The notes beneath the pieces are model-generated. The model saw nothing but the letters and a program-made list of their open reading frames with translations, did no database searches and had not been told where the DNA came from. Positions 29,034 to 38,212 of a stretch of 64,000 bases of DNA are shown here, piece by piece. Numbering within the stretch: position 1 is the stretch's first letter; every line of letters begins with the position of its first letter. Both the position numbers and the translations under genes were made by a program. The DNA is from Candidatus Latescibacterota bacterium. Lineage in GTDB: Bacteria > Latescibacterota > UBA2968 > UBA8231. The stretch lies in contig OZ252098.1 of assembly GCA_965248355.1 (NCBI GenBank), positions 4,992,001 to 5,056,000 on the forward strand. The letters run 5' to 3'.

Positions 29034-29842
29034 TCCACGACACCCTGTTCGAGCTGTTCGGGTTCATCCCGGTCACGGCCGTGTCGATCCTCGACCTCCT
29101 GATCGTGACCCTGATCATCTACCGCCTCCTCACCCTGATTCGCGGCCACCGCGGCGCCCACATGCTCGTCGGGTTGTTCCTGCTCGTCTCCGTGGCCCTG
29201 GCGGCCCGATGGCGGGAGAAGGAGATGATGGCCGTGGCGTGGATGCTGGAGCAGGTGCAGTCGATCCTGCTGATCCTGCTCGTCATCCTGTTTCAGCCCG
29301 AACTGCGCCGGGTCCTCCTGGCCATCGGGCAAAGCCCCTTGCTGAGCTGGTTCTACAAGACCGAACCATCGCGCGTGATCGACGAGGTCGTGAACGGCTC
29401 GGTGCAGCTGGCCGAGCGCGGCTACGGGGCCTTGATCGTTCTCGCCCGGGAGGCGGGCCTGGGCGCGATCATCGAGTCCGGCGCGCCTCTCAACGCCCAG
29501 GTCTCCGCGGACTTGCTCACCGCCATCTTCACCCCCCGTTCGCCCCTGCACGACCAGGCCGTGGTCATCCAGGGGGAGTCGCTGATCGCGGCGCGCTGCA
29601 CCCTGCCCCTGGCCGAAGAGGTGGAGGACCAGCGTCTCGGGACGCGCCACCGCGCCGCCCTCGGCCTGTCGCAGGAGACGGACGCGGTGACCATCGTCGT
29701 CTCCGAGGAGACCCGGGCGATCTCGATCACCGTCGGCGGCGGCTTCGTGCGCGGCCTCGACGGCCCCGAGTTGAAGCAGCGGCTGTCGGAGCTCCTGTCT
29801 CCGCGGGAGACCGCCCGGAAGCGGCGCTCCCCAGAGGATTGA
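29030..29842 (+). CDS. cdaA: Diadenylate cyclase CdaA/DacA
   Basis: GTGA coupling to folP; three TM helices, FQPELRR, SPLHDQAVVI, GTRHRAALGLS, VSEET. Confidence 0.9.
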   Translation: MIHDTLFELFGFIPVTAVSILDLLIVTLIIYRLLTLIRGHRGAHMLVGLFLLVSVALAARWREKEMMAVAWMLEQVQSILLILLVILFQPELRRVLLAIGQSPLLSWFYKTEPSRVIDEVVNGSVQLAERGYGALIVLAREAGLGAIIESGAPLNAQVSADLLTAIFTPRSPLHDQAVVIQGESLIAARCTLPLAEEVEDQRLGTRHRAALGLSQETDAVTIVVSEETRAISITVGGGFVRGLDGPELKQRLSELLSPRETARKRRSPED

Positions 29843-29902
29843 CAGTTCGGGGAAGCGGCGTATATTGAATAGTTATTCCAAAAAACGGAATAGTTATTGG
29901 AG
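29839..29902 (+). promoter_or_regulatory. arg operon promoter with tandem ARG boxes
   Basis: TTGACA (29839)-16 nt-TATATT (29861). Two 18-bp boxes, ATTGAATAGTTATTCCAA (29864-29881) and ACGGAATAGTTATTGGAG (29885-29902), are separated by 3 bp and sit directly before argR. Confidence 0.85.
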
Positions 29903-29904
29903 CC

Positions 29905-30378
29905 GTGAATATCAGGAGAGTCCGCCAGGCAACGATCCGGGAGCTGCTGCAGGCCGAGCGGATCGACACCCACGAGCGGCTTGCGGAGGCGCTGAGCCGC
30001 CGGGGCATCGAGGTCAGCCAGTCCACCCTCTCCAAGGACCTGCGCGAGCTCGGCGTCGTCCGCGTGCCTCGAGCCGGCGGCGGATTCCGCTATTCCCTGC
30101 CGGAGCCCAGGGGAGCCTGCAACGACCGCGGCGCCTTCGAACGCGAGTTGCGCGACTACGTGACCGGAGTCGACCGGGCCGGCAACATGACGGTCATCAA
30201 GACGCTCTCCGGGCATGCGCAGGCCGTGTGCGAGGCTGTCGATCGACTGGAGTGGACCGAGGTGATGGGAACCCTGGCCGGCGAGAACACGATCTTCGTC
30301 CTGTCCCGGAACGCCGCCGAGGCGTGCGCCGTGGCTCAGCGGGTCACCGGCCTCGGCGGCCGGGCCGGAGCCGGGTAG
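29905..30378 (+). CDS. argR: Arginine repressor
   Basis: RQATIRELL...SQSTLSKDLRELG...GTLAGENT. Confidence 0.93.
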   Translation: MNIRRVRQATIRELLQAERIDTHERLAEALSRRGIEVSQSTLSKDLRELGVVRVPRAGGGFRYSLPEPRGACNDRGAFERELRDYVTGVDRAGNMTVIKTLSGHAQAVCEAVDRLEWTEVMGTLAGENTIFVLSRNAAEACAVAQRVTGLGGRAGAG

Positions 30379-30386
30379 ACTCGCCC

Positions 30387-31262
30387 ATGGAGCAGAGCTA
30401 CATCGACAAGGCGTCGACCCTGGCGGAGGCCCTTCCGTACATCCAGTCCTTCCGCGGCAAGACCGTGGTCGTCAAGTACGGCGGCAGCACCCTGGCACCC
30501 GAAGGGGGGGCCGACACCGTCCTGCGGGACCTCGTGTTCATGGAGCACGTGGGCATCAACCCGGTGATCGTCCACGGCGGGGGCCCGGCCATCGACCGGC
30601 GCCTTCGCGAGCGCAAGGTGGAGAGCCGGCGGGTCAACGGCCTGCGCATCACCGACCGGGAGACGATGCAGGTGGTCGAGGAGGTCCTGTCGGGGGAGAT
30701 CAACACGGGACTCGTGGGAGAGATCGGATCCCACGGGGGGCGTGGGCGCGGCCTCTCGGCCCGGGAGGCCGGCGTGCTGCACGTGCGTCCTCACGTGGCG
30801 CAGACGCCGGAAGGCCCCGTCGATCTCGGGTTCGTGGGCGACGTGGTCCGCGTCGATCCGGCGCCGCTGCTGGAGCTGATCGATGACGAGATCATCCCCG
30901 TGGTCGCTCCCATCGGGCGGGGGGAGAACGGCGAGGCCTACAACGTCAACGCCGACACGGCGGCGGGAGAGCTCGCCGCGGCCCTGCAGGCGGAGAAGCT
31001 CGTCTTTCTCACCGACGTCACGGGGATCCTCGCGGACCCCGCGGACGAGTCGAGCCTGATGTCCACCGTGCAGGTGGACCAGGTCCAGGCCCTGATCGAT
31101 TCCGGGGTGATCCAGGGGGGGATGATCCCCAAGGCGCTCGCCGGAGTGCGGTCGGTTCGAGCAGGCGTGCGCAAGACCCATATCGTGGACGGACGCATCC
31201 CGCACTCCCTGCTCCTCGAGTTCTTCACCGACGAGGGCGTGGGCTCGCAGATCGTGCGTTAG
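30387..31262 (+). CDS. argB: Acetylglutamate kinase
   Basis: EALPYI...VVKYGG, VHGGGP, GLRITD, NVNAD, GGMIPK. Confidence 0.96.
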   Translation: MEQSYIDKASTLAEALPYIQSFRGKTVVVKYGGSTLAPEGGADTVLRDLVFMEHVGINPVIVHGGGPAIDRRLRERKVESRRVNGLRITDRETMQVVEEVLSGEINTGLVGEIGSHGGRGRGLSAREAGVLHVRPHVAQTPEGPVDLGFVGDVVRVDPAPLLELIDDEIIPVVAPIGRGENGEAYNVNADTAAGELAAALQAEKLVFLTDVTGILADPADESSLMSTVQVDQVQALIDSGVIQGGMIPKALAGVRSVRAGVRKTHIVDGRIPHSLLLEFFTDEGVGSQIVR

Positions 31263-31281
31263 CGGAGAGAGCGAAACAAAG

Positions 31282-32481
31282 ATGACGATGAAGACCGACA
31301 GCCTCATCAAGCAGGAGCAACGGTACATCCTGCAGACCTACGGCCGGCCCGATTTCGTCCTGGAGCGCGGCAACGGCCTCTACCTCTTCGACCTCGACGG
31401 CAACCGCTACCTCGACTTCGTCAGCGGCCTGGCCGTCAACGCCCTCGGTTACGGCGACTACGATGTGCTCAAGGCGATCGAGGAGCAGTCGGCGCAGCTG
31501 ATGCACGTCTCCAACCTCTACCACACGGTGCCCTCCACCCGGCTGGCCAAGACCCTGGTGGAGAGCTCCTTCGCCGACCGCGTGTTCTTCTGCAACAGCG
31601 GCACCGAGGCCTGGGAGGCGGCCCTCAAGTTCTGCCGCAAGTGGGGCCATGCCGCCGCCGGCGGGCGCTACAAGTTCGTCGCCTTCCACAACTCCTTCCA
31701 CGGGCGCACCCTCGGGTCCCTCTCCACCACCGGACAGCCCCGGTACCACGAGGGCTTCGGGCCGCTCCTCCCCGGCGTCGAGTTCGCCCGCTTCAACGAT
31801 CTGCCGTCGGTGGAGGCCCTCGTCGACGACGAGACCTGCGCCGTCCTCGTCGAGCCGATCCAGGGCGAAGGCGGCGTCCACGTGGCCACCGATGCCTTCC
31901 TGCAGGGCCTGCGGGAGTTGTGCGACGACCGCGGCCTCCTGCTCGTCTTCGACGAGATCCAGGCCGGCATGGGCCGGACGGGCTCCCTGTGGGCCTACCA
32001 GCAGTACGGGGTGGAGCCCGACGTGATGACCCTGGCCAAGGCCCTCGGCGGAGGGCTTCCCATCGGCGCCACCCTGCTGACCCAGAAGGTGGCCGACGCC
32101 CTGCAGGCGGGGGACCACGCCGCCACCTTCGGCGCCAACCCGGTGGTGGCCAATGTGGCTCTGGCGGTGCTCGACAAGCTCACCGCCGACGGCTTCCTCG
32201 AAGGCGTGGCCCGCAACGGCCGGCGCCTGCGCACGGGGCTGGAGAAGCTGCAGCAGCGCTGGCCGGAGCGGATCTCCGAGATCCGCGGGCGGGGACTCAT
32301 CCAGGGGGCGGTGGTCACGGACCGCCCGGCCTCCGACTACCTGGCCGACTTCAGGCAGCGCGAGATCCTGGTGGCGCCCTGCGGCCCCGACATGGTGCGC
32401 TTCCTGCCCCCGCTGATCGTCGACGAGGACCGCATCGACGAGGTCATCGGCGTCTTCGACGAGATCCTCAGGCAGAGCTAG
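31282..32481 (+). CDS. argD: Acetylornithine aminotransferase
   Basis: NSGTEA, SFHGRT, EPIQGEGG, DEIQAGMGRTG, AKALGGG; operon context. Confidence 0.93.
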   Translation: MTMKTDSLIKQEQRYILQTYGRPDFVLERGNGLYLFDLDGNRYLDFVSGLAVNALGYGDYDVLKAIEEQSAQLMHVSNLYHTVPSTRLAKTLVESSFADRVFFCNSGTEAWEAALKFCRKWGHAAAGGRYKFVAFHNSFHGRTLGSLSTTGQPRYHEGFGPLLPGVEFARFNDLPSVEALVDDETCAVLVEPIQGEGGVHVATDAFLQGLRELCDDRGLLLVFDEIQAGMGRTGSLWAYQQYGVEPDVMTLAKALGGGLPIGATLLTQKVADALQAGDHAATFGANPVVANVALAVLDKLTADGFLEGVARNGRRLRTGLEKLQQRWPERISEIRGRGLIQGAVVTDRPASDYLADFRQREILVAPCGPDMVRFLPPLIVDEDRIDEVIGVFDEILRQS

Positions 32482-32496
32482 TCCCGCCGCCTCATC

Positions 32497-33894
32497 GTGT
32501 CCGGTTCCCACAAGGCATGGAGCGGCCGCTTCTCCGGGGCCACGGCCGAGCTGATGGAGCGCTTCAACGCCTCCATCGGCTTCGACCGGCGCCTTCTCGA
32601 GGTCGACGTGGCCGGCAGCAAGGTCTACGCCCGCGCCCTGGAGCGGGCCGGCCTGCTCACCCCGTCCGAGTGCGGCCGCATCCTGAGCGGTCTCGACCAG
32701 GTCCTGCGGGAGCTGTCGGCGCCCGACCATGAGTTCCACCCGGACGTGGAGGACGTGCACATGGCCGTCGAGGCCCGGCTCACCGGGATCCTCGGTCCCC
32801 TGGGCGGCAAGCTGCACGCCGGCCGCAGCCGCAACGACCAGGTCAGCCTCGACGAGCGCCTCTACCTGCGCGCCGCCACCGCCGCCACCGGCCGGCGCAT
32901 CCGCCGGCTGCAGGAAGTCCTGGTGGCCTCCGCCCAGGACCACCGCCGGACCGTCCTGCCAGGCTACACGCACCTGCAGCAGGCGCAGCCGATCCTGTTC
33001 GCCCACTACGCCCTGTCCCTGTTCTGGGCCCTGGGCCGGGATCTCGGCCGGCTGGAGGACGGCCTGCGCCGCAGCGACCGCATGCCCCTCGGCTCCGGCG
33101 CCCTCGCGGGCTCCGCCTTCGCCCTCGACCGCGAGTTCATGGCGCGGGAGCTCGGGTTCTCGGGGGTGACCCCCAACAGCCTCGACGCGGTCTCCGACCG
33201 CGACTTCCTCCTGGAGGCCCTGGCGGCGCTGTCGATCCTGATGATGCACCTGAGCCGCTACTGCGAGGACCTGGTCCTGTTCTCCTCGGCCGAGTTCGGC
33301 TTCGTCGAGCTCGACGACGCCTGGGCCACCGGCTCGAGCATGATGCCCCAGAAGAAGAACCCGGACTCCCTGGAGCTGGTCCGCGGCAAGACGGGCCGCG
33401 TGTACGGAGACCTGCTCTCCCTGCTGACGGCGATGAAGGGCCTCGGCCTGACCTACGGCAAGGACCTGCAGGAGGACAAGGAGCCCGTCTTCGACGCCTT
33501 CGACACGGCCGCCGACTGTCTCGAGGTCTTCGCCGCGGCGTGGGAGACGATGAAGGTGAACACCGGCCGCATGGCCGAGGCCGTGGACGACGGCGCCCTG
33601 GCCACGGAGCTGGCCGACTTCCTCGTGGAGACCGGGGTGCCCTTCCGGGAGGCGCACCGGGTGGCCGGGGCCATCGTCCGGGAGGCGTCCGCCCGGGGGC
33701 GCGGGCTCACCGAGCTGGTCCTGGCCGACCTGCAGGCCCACCACCCGGCCTTCGACGAAGAGGCATTGCGGCGCCTGGACCTGGAGGCCAGCCTGGCGCG
33801 GCGCAACCTCGAGGGCGGCACCGGGCCGGCCGCGGTGGAGCGCCAGCTGCAGCAGGCCAGGGAGATCCTGGCCGGGGCCGGTTCACAGGAGTGA
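32497..33894 (+). CDS. argH: Argininosuccinate lyase
   Basis: WSGRF, EDVH, GRSRNDQ, GSSMMPQKKNPD, DLQEDKE. Confidence 0.97.
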   Translation: MSGSHKAWSGRFSGATAELMERFNASIGFDRRLLEVDVAGSKVYARALERAGLLTPSECGRILSGLDQVLRELSAPDHEFHPDVEDVHMAVEARLTGILGPLGGKLHAGRSRNDQVSLDERLYLRAATAATGRRIRRLQEVLVASAQDHRRTVLPGYTHLQQAQPILFAHYALSLFWALGRDLGRLEDGLRRSDRMPLGSGALAGSAFALDREFMARELGFSGVTPNSLDAVSDRDFLLEALAALSILMMHLSRYCEDLVLFSSAEFGFVELDDAWATGSSMMPQKKNPDSLELVRGKTGRVYGDLLSLLTAMKGLGLTYGKDLQEDKEPVFDAFDTAADCLEVFAAAWETMKVNTGRMAEAVDDGALATELADFLVETGVPFREAHRVAGAIVREASARGRGLTELVLADLQAHHPAFDEEALRRLDLEASLARRNLEGGTGPAAVERQLQQAREILAGAGSQE

Positions 33895-35291
33895 CTCCCA
33901 AGCCGACCGATGTGCGGGTCACGGGCGCGGCCCTCCACCTCCTGCCGGTGGAGACCCGGGTACCGCTGAAGTTCGGTCCCGGGACCACGACCCGCGTCAC
34001 CGTGGCCCGGGTCCGCCTGCAGGTGGCCGCCGCCGACGGCCGCCGCGCCGAAGGGTGGGGCGAGACCCCCCTGAGCGTGCAGTGGGTCTGGCCCTCCGAG
34101 CGGCCCTACGAGGAGCGCCACCAGGCCCTGATCGCCTTCAGCGTCGAGCTGGCCCGCGCCTGGAGCGACTTCGATGTCAGCGGACACGCCCTGGAGGTGG
34201 GGCACGCCTTCCAGCTCCAGCTGCCGGGGATCCTGGACCGTTTTCACCGGGATCGCCTCCCGGTGCCGCTCCTGGCGGCGCGGGTGTGCACCTCCCCCTT
34301 CGACCTGGCCCTGCACGACGCCTTCGGCCGGCTCTGCCGGCGGCCGGTCTACGAGACCTACAACGCCGGGTACCTGAATGCCGACCTGGCCCACTTTCTC
34401 GAGGCGGAGGCCGGCGTCGACTTTGCCGGCCGCTATCCCCAGGACTTCCTCTCCGCCAAACCGCTCCGACGACTGCCCGCCTGGCACCTGGTGGGCGGCC
34501 TCGACCCGCTGACCCCGCAGGAGCTGACCGGCAGCGAGCCCGAGGACGGTCACCCGGTGCTGCTGGCCGACTGGATCCGCCGCGACGGACTGAGATGCCT
34601 GAAGGTGAAGCTGGGCGGCGCCGACGAGGCCTGGGACTACGAGCGCCTGGTCCGCGTGGGCGCCATCGGCGTCGACCACGGGGTCCACTGGCTGTCGGCC
34701 GACTTCAACTGCACGGTCACGGAGCCGGCCTACGTCAACGGGATCCTCGACCGGCTGAGGGACGAGCACCCCCGGCTCTACGGGATGGTGCTCTACGTGG
34801 AGCAGCCCTTCCCGTACGATCTGGAAGCGCACCGCATCGACGTGCACAGCGTCTCCGCGCGCAAGCCCCTGTTCATGGACGAGAGCGCCCACGACTGGAG
34901 GCTCGTGCGCCTGGGGCGAAGCCTGGGCTGGAACGGCGTCGCCCTGAAGACGTGCAAGACCCAGACCGAGGCCCTTCTCAGCCTGTGCTGGGCGCGGGCC
35001 CACGGCATGGGGCTGATGGTCCAGGACCTGACGAACCCGATGCTGGCCCAGATCCCGCACGTGCTGCTGGCCGCGCACGCGGACACGATCATGGGGGTGG
35101 AGACGAACAGCATGCAGTTCTACCCGGAAGCCTCCACCGCCGAAGCCGTGGTCCATCCGGGTCTGTACTCCCGGCGCGAGGGCGCCCTGGACCTGGGCAC
35201 GCTCGGGGGCCCCGGTTTCGGGTACCGCCTCGACGAGATCGAGCGCGAGCTGCCGCCGCCGGCCGCCGCCGCCGGCAGCCTGTCGGGGTAG
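33891..35291 (+). CDS. Enolase superfamily (mandelate racemase/MLE-like) protein 1
   Basis: GTGA overlap with argH; GWGET, LKVKL, ADFN, YVEQP, MDES, LKTCK. Confidence 0.8.
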   Translation: MTPKPTDVRVTGAALHLLPVETRVPLKFGPGTTTRVTVARVRLQVAAADGRRAEGWGETPLSVQWVWPSERPYEERHQALIAFSVELARAWSDFDVSGHALEVGHAFQLQLPGILDRFHRDRLPVPLLAARVCTSPFDLALHDAFGRLCRRPVYETYNAGYLNADLAHFLEAEAGVDFAGRYPQDFLSAKPLRRLPAWHLVGGLDPLTPQELTGSEPEDGHPVLLADWIRRDGLRCLKVKLGGADEAWDYERLVRVGAIGVDHGVHWLSADFNCTVTEPAYVNGILDRLRDEHPRLYGMVLYVEQPFPYDLEAHRIDVHSVSARKPLFMDESAHDWRLVRLGRSLGWNGVALKTCKTQTEALLSLCWARAHGMGLMVQDLTNPMLAQIPHVLLAAHADTIMGVETNSMQFYPEASTAEAVVHPGLYSRREGALDLGTLGGPGFGYRLDEIERELPPPAAAAGSLSG

Positions 35292-35292
35292 G

Positions 35293-36759
35293 ATGGTCGC
35301 GGTCAGCCTTCACGAGGCCGTGCTCTCCGTTTGCAGCCGCCCCCTCCGCCGCCCGGTGATCCTCGGCGGGACGGCCCAGGAGAGCTTGGACGAGCTCCAC
35401 CTCACCCTGGAGTTGCGCACCGCCGACGGCCGCCGGGCCCGGGGTGTGGCCGCCGAGGTGCTGGCGCCGGCCTGGTTCGACCCCCTCCTCCGCACCGGGG
35501 CCCTCGCCCTGGCCGCGGGAGTGCGCACCGCCGCCGAGGTGGCCGTGGCCTCGGCCCGTGAGCCGCGCCTCGTCTACCGCATCTGGCGTGACGCCTACGA
35601 GGCCGCCGTCGCCCTGGGCGGCGACCGGGGACTGAACCCCCTGGCCGCCGGCCACGGGGCCGCTCTCGTGGAGCGCGCCCTCTTCGATGGCCTCGGCCGG
35701 GCCCTGGGGCGGCCCTACCACGATCTGCTGCGCCGCAACCTGGGCGGCATCGATCTCGCCGACATCCACCCCGAGCTCGCCGGCGCGGCGCCGGCGGATG
35801 TCCTGCCGCCGCGCCCGGCCGCCCGCCTCCAGGTGCGCCACACGGTGGGTGTGGCCGACATCCTGCGGGAGGGGGAGCTTCCGCGCCGGGAAGGCCTCGA
35901 CGCGCTGCCCGAGTCGCTCGAGGCTTGTGTCCGCCGACAGGGGCTGCGGCACTTCCGCGTCGACCTGGAGGGCCGCGCCGAACCCGATGGGGACCGCCTC
36001 GAGCGCCTCGCCGAAGTCCTGGGCGGCGTGGACGGGTACTCGGTGGTCCTGGACGGCGGCGAGGCCTTCTCCGATCCGGCCCAGCTGCGGACCCTGCTCG
36101 ACAAGCTCGAGTCCGGGCCGGAGGCGGGACGGCGGCTCTACGGGGCCATCGCCTGGGTGGAGCAGCCCTTCCCGAGGGCCGCGGCCATGGAGCCCGCCCT
36201 CTGCCGGGAAGTGGCCCACCTGTCGCGGCGCAAGCCGGTCTTCATCGACGAGTCCGACGAGGCCCTCGGCAGCTTCAAGCGCGCCGCCGGCCTGGGGTAC
36301 GCGGGCACCTCGGTCCGCATCGGCAACGGCCTGACGAAAGCCCTGGCGAACCACGCCCTGTGCCGGCTCTGGAACGGCGGCGGATCAGGCACCGGCCGGC
36401 GCTGCCGGCTGGCGGGAGCGGAGCTGCTCAGCCTGCCCGTGATCGGCCTGCACCAGCACCTGGCGCAGATGGCGGCCCTGGGCGTCGACCCGGTGGAGTG
36501 CGGGGCCGCCTGGCACCGGCCGGGCCTCGGCCACCTGTCCCCGGCCGAGAGGGAGACCTGCGCGCAGCTCCACGGCGAGGTCTACGAGGAGGTCTCGGCA
36601 GCGCGCGCCCCCCTGGCGGTGCGCGGCGGGTGCCTGGACCTGGCCAGCCTGAACCGGGCGCCGGGCCTGGGGATCGGCTTCCCCATCGATCCGTCGAGGT
36701 GGGTGCCCCTGTCCGACTGGCGGCCGGAGAACGCCGGCCAGGTCGTGACCCATGCCTGA
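35293..36759 (+). CDS. Enolase superfamily protein 2, degenerate active site
   Basis: Colinear with protein 3 (P.WFD, VRHTVG.AD, LP.SLEA, VEQP, IDESD) but KVK is RVD and KNCKG is RIGNG. Confidence 0.72.
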   Translation: MVAVSLHEAVLSVCSRPLRRPVILGGTAQESLDELHLTLELRTADGRRARGVAAEVLAPAWFDPLLRTGALALAAGVRTAAEVAVASAREPRLVYRIWRDAYEAAVALGGDRGLNPLAAGHGAALVERALFDGLGRALGRPYHDLLRRNLGGIDLADIHPELAGAAPADVLPPRPAARLQVRHTVGVADILREGELPRREGLDALPESLEACVRRQGLRHFRVDLEGRAEPDGDRLERLAEVLGGVDGYSVVLDGGEAFSDPAQLRTLLDKLESGPEAGRRLYGAIAWVEQPFPRAAAMEPALCREVAHLSRRKPVFIDESDEALGSFKRAAGLGYAGTSVRIGNGLTKALANHALCRLWNGGGSGTGRRCRLAGAELLSLPVIGLHQHLAQMAALGVDPVECGAAWHRPGLGHLSPAERETCAQLHGEVYEEVSAARAPLAVRGGCLDLASLNRAPGLGIGFPIDPSRWVPLSDWRPENAGQVVTHA

Positions 36760-38212
36760 GCGACTCGGCCTGCGCGAAGTGGGGTTCACCATGCGCAACG
36801 TGCGCACGCGCATGCCCTTCCGCTACGGCGTGGCCACCCTGACGCGCGTGCCGATCCTGCACGTGAGGGCCGAGGTGGAGCTGGCCGACGGCACCAAGGC
36901 CCGCGGCCTGTCGGCCGACATCCTGCCGCCCAAGTGGTTCGACAAGGATCCCGCCAAGAGCTACGAGGACAACGTCGACGACCTGCTCTTCGGGGCCCGG
37001 CAGGCGGCCCGGGCCTGGGCCGAGGCCTCGCGGGAGCCGCGCTCCGTCTTCGATCTCTGGCGCGACGGTTACGCGGAGTCCCTGCGCGCCGGCGGCCGGC
37101 GCGGGCTCGATCATCTCACCGCGTCCCACGGCAGTACCCTCATGGAGCGCGCCCTTATCGACGCCGTCGGACGAGCCAGGGGCCGGACCTATCACCAGCT
37201 TCTCACCGATCCCGCCAATCCCCTCGGCCTCGATCTCGGGGCGATCCTCCCCGTGCTCGCCGGCACGCCGCCGTCTGCGGCCGTGGCGGCGCTGCCCTCC
37301 GGGAGCATCGCCGTGCGCCACACCGTTGGACTGGCCGATCCGATCCGGGACGCCCACGTGCCGGCCGGCGAGGTCCTCGACGACGGGCTTCCGCAGTCGC
37401 TGGAGGCCTACTTGGCGGTCCAGGGTCTCCGCTGGCTCAAGGTCAAGGTCAGCGGCGACAACGAGGCCGACCTCGAGCGGCTCACCGCCATCGCCCGGCT
37501 CCTCGACGAGACCCCGGGCGCCGGCGGCTACGCCGTGTCTCTGGACGGCAACGAGCAGTACACGGAGCTCGACGGCTTTGCGGGACTCCTCGAGCGCATC
37601 GAGTCGGACCTGCCCGCCTTCCACGACGCCATCGCCTACGTCGAGCAGCCCCTGGAGCGAAGCGTCGCCCTCGACCCGGGACAGGCGGCGGGCCTCGCCG
37701 CGGTGACGGCGCGCAAGCCCCTGATCATCGACGAGAGCGACGGCGACCTCGACTCCTTCCAGCGCGCCTCGGAGCTCGGCTACCGCGGCGTCTCCACCAA
37801 GAACTGCAAGGGCCTGTTCAAGGCCCTGGCCAACGCCGCCCTGGCCCGCCGCCTGAGCCGCGAGCGGCGCGTCCCCTTCCTCCTCACCGCCGAGGACCTG
37901 ATGAACCTGCCCGTCGTCCCCCTGCACCAGGACCTGACCCACGTGGCCGCTCTCGGGCTAGACCACGCCGAGCGCAACGGCCACCACTACGTGCGCGGTC
38001 TCGACCACCTGTCGCCCTTGGAGCGGGAGAGGGTGCTGCGCGAGCACGAGGGCCTCTACCGGCGTTCCGGGGAGACCGGATTCCTCGACGTCGCCGGCGG
38101 GGCCATCGACGTGCGCTCCCTGCAGCGGTGCCCCGGCCTGGGCGCTGGAAGCGCCTTCGACCCCGGCGCCATGGTCCCCCTCGAGGACTGGCGCTTCGAG
38201 AGCCTCCGATGA
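36752..38212 (+). CDS. Enolase superfamily protein 3
   Basis: RMPFRYG, PPKWFDK, LKVKV, LDGNEQY, YVEQP, IDESD, STKNCKG, ERNGHHY. Confidence 0.8.
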   Translation: MPERLGLREVGFTMRNVRTRMPFRYGVATLTRVPILHVRAEVELADGTKARGLSADILPPKWFDKDPAKSYEDNVDDLLFGARQAARAWAEASREPRSVFDLWRDGYAESLRAGGRRGLDHLTASHGSTLMERALIDAVGRARGRTYHQLLTDPANPLGLDLGAILPVLAGTPPSAAVAALPSGSIAVRHTVGLADPIRDAHVPAGEVLDDGLPQSLEAYLAVQGLRWLKVKVSGDNEADLERLTAIARLLDETPGAGGYAVSLDGNEQYTELDGFAGLLERIESDLPAFHDAIAYVEQPLERSVALDPGQAAGLAAVTARKPLIIDESDGDLDSFQRASELGYRGVSTKNCKGLFKALANAALARRLSRERRVPFLLTAEDLMNLPVVPLHQDLTHVAALGLDHAERNGHHYVRGLDHLSPLERERVLREHEGLYRRSGETGFLDVAGGAIDVRSLQRCPGLGAGSAFDPGAMVPLEDWRFESLR

